Shown: piece by piece, positions 61,614-64,000 of the stretch
Layout: every line of letters begins with the position of its first letter
How positions within the stretch are numbered: the stretch's first letter is position 1
Notes under the pieces: generated by a model
Databases searched by the model: none
Seen by the model: the letters and a program-made list of their open reading frames with translations, nothing else
What the model was told of the DNA's origin: nothing
Translations under genes and position numbers: made by a program
Assembly: GCA_964648745.1 (NCBI GenBank)
Contig: CAZYKX010000001.1
Location: 40,429-104,428 of the forward strand
Direction of reading: 5' to 3'
DNA: 64,000 bases
Origin: an uncultured Aquificales bacterium
GTDB lineage: Bacteria > Aquificota > Aquificia > Aquificales > Hydrogenothermaceae

Positions 61614-62273
61614 TTAAGGAATCCTATAGCCTACTCCTTCCACAGTTAGTATTATATTCTTTTGAGGATCTATAAGTTTTCTAAGATTTTTTATATTAGT
61701 TCTTATGGTCTCTCTTGTAGTAACTTCTGTTATTTCCCAGCATTTACTTGATAAAATTTCATAAGTAACTACTCTTCCCCTATTTCTTACAAGCTGTTCT
61801 AAAATACAGTAAAGTTTTGGTGTTAATTCTATAAACTCCCCATTCTTTTTAACAACTTTATTTTTTAAATCAATCTCAAGATCATCTATTACAACAACAT
61901 CTTTCTTCTCAGAGGATATCCTTCTTCCTATACTTCTTATCCTTGCTAAAAGTTCTTCTACATCAAAAGGTTTTGTTATATAATCATCAGCTCCTAAATC
62001 TAAACCTTTAACCTTATCTTTAATTTGGTCTTTTGCTGTTAATATAATAATAGGTGTATTTATCCCTTTTTCTCTTATTGATTTTAAGATATTAAAACCA
62101 TCAATATCTGGCAACATCAAATCAAGGATAATGATATCATATGTAGAATGTTCTATAAAATTTAATGCTTCGTTTCCATCAAATGCAGAATCTACAATAT
62201 AATCGTTAAGCTCTAATACTTCTTTTATTGAGATATTCAGCGGAATGTTATCTTCAACTATTAATATTTTCAT
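61614..62273 (-). CDS. OmpR/PhoB-family response regulator
   Basis: Receiver domain (ILDLMLPDIDG, TAKD, KPF) plus winged-helix C-domain (GVGYRIP). Confidence 0.93.
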   Translation of the reverse strand: MKILIVEDNIPLNISIKEVLELNDYIVDSAFDGNEALNFIEHSTYDIIILDLMLPDIDGFNILKSIREKGINTPIIILTAKDQIKDKVKGLDLGADDYITKPFDVEELLARIRSIGRRISSEKKDVVVIDDLEIDLKNKVVKKNGEFIELTPKLYCILEQLVRNRGRVVTYEILSSKCWEITEVTTRETIRTNIKNLRKLIDPQKNIILTVEGVGYRIP

Positions 62274-64000
62274 TTAAACTCTCCTTAAAAATTTACTATA
62301 TTTTTCTTTTATATAATTTATAGCATCTAATTTATTTTTAAACAAACCATTTAGCTGTTTTTCTAAAGTGTCCTCAAGTATCGTTTTATATAGTTTTGAA
62401 GGTTTCAAGCCTAAATTAATTAAATCATTTCCTGTAATTAATGGATTTTTTATGACTCTAAAAATTTCTATTACTATATTATATTGCTTTTCTTCAAGTA
62501 ATGTAAGTACAGCAGGTAAATAATCATCTTTTATAGATTTTAAAACTTTATACATTTCAAACTTATCAGATGTTTCTTTTAAACGTTTATAGTCATCAAT
62601 GAACTTTTCTAAAAATTTGGCTTCTTTTTCAAATAGATACTTCTTTAATGTTTGATACATAATCTCTGTTGGTAAATGGGAAAGTAAAATGTAGATATAG
62701 TTTGTATTTTTAGGATAATCATATGGTTTTAACTGGTTTAAAAGTATTAATGTATCTAAGAGTTTTTGAATTAGTCTTTCTTTTTCACTATCAATATGGG
62801 TAAATGGAAAAATTTTATTTAAAACTTTGTATTTATCGTAAAGTTTTAATATATTTAAAGATTTTTCTTCATTGAAGGTTAAATTTAGCTCTAAATTTAT
62901 TCTACCTTTTGGTGCAAAATCTATTAAATCTTTTTCTACACAGTAGATTAATAATTTTTCTGTCTTCTTTTCTAATTTAAAATCAAGTCTTCCAGAAAAT
63001 CTTAAAGCTCTTAATATTCTAATTGGATCTTCTATAAAGCTAAAAGAATGTAGAATTCTTATTCTTTTTTCTTTAATATCTATAAGTGAATTAAAGTAGT
63101 CTATTAATTTTCCATAGTTAGATTTTGTTAGTTCTATAGCTAAGGTATTGATGGTAAAATCTCTTCTATATAAGTCTTCAAATAGTGTAGCTTTCTCAAC
63201 TTTAGGATAAGCTCCAGGAGATTCATACTCTTCTTTCCTTGCAGTGGAAAAATCCAACTTTACATTATTTTCAATAACAACGTTCCCAGTCATAAACTCT
63301 TTATAAATATGGTAAGGATAGTTATATTTTTTTGCAAACTCTTTTATTAAATCTGGAGCATCTCCTTCCACAATAATATCAATATCAAGGTTTTTCTTAT
63401 TTAAAACAATATCCCTAACTACTCCACCTATTATAAATGCTCGATATCCTAATTCCTCTGCAATGATACCAATATCTTTAAGTTTTTCAATAAGAAACTT
63501 TGGAAAGAATAATTCTAATTTTTTAGTAAAATTATAAATTTTTGGATTAGGTTTTAAGGTTGCTATAGCTGCTTTCTCTGTGTCTTTAAATAATTGATTT
63601 AAAATATCTTTTTTATATATATACCCTACATAAAAACCTTTATCTAAAACAGGAAATATTTCATAATCGTCTTCTATTAATGTTTTAAGATTTATTTGTT
63701 TTAAATCACTATAATTTAACGTTTTCCAATCTTCTATAAAGATTGAAATTTCTTCTTCTTCAAATCCATGTTTTATTGCTAAATTTACATAGTTGCCTTT
63801 TAGTACACCTAAATATTTTCCTTGATTATCAACAACAACAAAATATTTATACTTTTTATCTAAATCTTTAAATTTAGTATCTTGTAAAACTACAGGAATA
63901 TCCTTTCTTATTAAGTTTAAAAGGAATTCTTCATCCTGTAGTATTAATCTAATCGTATCTTTTATTTCTTCATAACTTACACCTACAATGGTAGAAGATG
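62274..64000 (-). CDS. CBS-domain-containing tRNA nucleotidyltransferase / poly(A) polymerase-family protein, 5' end outside window
   Basis: The frame is open from 63371 to the window edge. Upstream of the track's Met it reads ...YRAFIIGGVVRDIVLNKKNLDIDIIVEGDAP (Pol-beta head motif), preceded by CBS-pair-like sequence. Confidence 0.8.
   Translation of the reverse strand, partial: SSTIVGVSYEEIKDTIRLILQDEEFLLNLIRKDIPVVLQDTKFKDLDKKYKYFVVVDNQGKYLGVLKGNYVNLAIKHGFEEEEISIFIEDWKTLNYSDLKQINLKTLIEDDYEIFPVLDKGFYVGYIYKKDILNQLFKDTEKAAIATLKPNPKIYNFTKKLELFFPKFLIEKLKDIGIIAEELGYRAFIIGGVVRDIVLNKKNLDIDIIVEGDAPDLIKEFAKKYNYPYHIYKEFMTGNVVIENNVKLDFSTARKEEYESPGAYPKVEKATLFEDLYRRDFTINTLAIELTKSNYGKLIDYFNSLIDIKEKRIRILHSFSFIEDPIRILRALRFSGRLDFKLEKKTEKLLIYCVEKDLIDFAPKGRINLELNLTFNEEKSLNILKLYDKYKVLNKIFPFTHIDSEKERLIQKLLDTLILLNQLKPYDYPKNTNYIYILLSHLPTEIMYQTLKKYLFEKEAKFLEKFIDDYKRLKETSDKFEMYKVLKSIKDDYLPAVLTLLEEKQYNIVIEIFRVIKNPLITGNDLINLGLKPSKLYKTILEDTLEKQLNGLFKNKLDAINYIKEKYSKFLRRV

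Overview
This is a visibly AT-rich window (about one-third G+C by eye, not computed). It is very densely coded, and the proteins are rich in K, E and I, as in thermophiles. The gene content points to an Aquificota-like microaerophilic chemolithoautotroph, possibly Hydrogenothermaceae or Sulfurihydrogenibium-like; that assignment is inference only. Supporting genes are cbb3 and bd terminal oxidases, a citryl-CoA-lyase-like protein, a long-form biotin carboxylase, the branched-polyamine synthase BpsA next to SpeE, and a DNA polymerase I without a 5'-3' exonuclease domain.

Almost all of the window is core metabolism and housekeeping: guaA, lipA, glyA, rpiB, bioA, hisF, cimA, mraY, eno, lysC, cydAB, pabB, a moaC/mogA fusion, hpt, ribBA, speE, ccoNO, pyrD, polA, pncA/pncB, lipB, murC, murE and upp. 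There are also two histidine kinases, one OmpR-type regulator and one PAS-GGDEF-EAL protein. I found no rRNA, tRNA or CRISPR array, and no recognisable multi-gene defence or mobile island.

The only mobile-element trace is a decayed TnpB (IS200/IS605 family) 3' fragment in the 684-bp lysC-cydA spacer. Its structured downstream RNA region still looks intact.

I cannot point to a convincing undescribed multi-gene system. The observations most worth follow-up are:
- a palindromic motif shared (15/15 nt plus 9/9 nt) by the promoters of the cbb3 oxidase operon and the SCO1/SenC copper chaperone gene;
- a perfect 22-bp palindrome with Rex-like 7-4-7 architecture in the cydAB leader, behind a consensus promoter;
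- an unusual cbb3 operon layout, with a dihaem cytochrome c first and a stand-alone FixP_N-like 74-aa protein last;
- a two-component sensor kinase whose first transmembrane helix is encoded only upstream of any canonical start codon;
- the TnpB/omega-RNA-like relic.

Coordinates of sites I derived by hand may be off by 1-2 nt.
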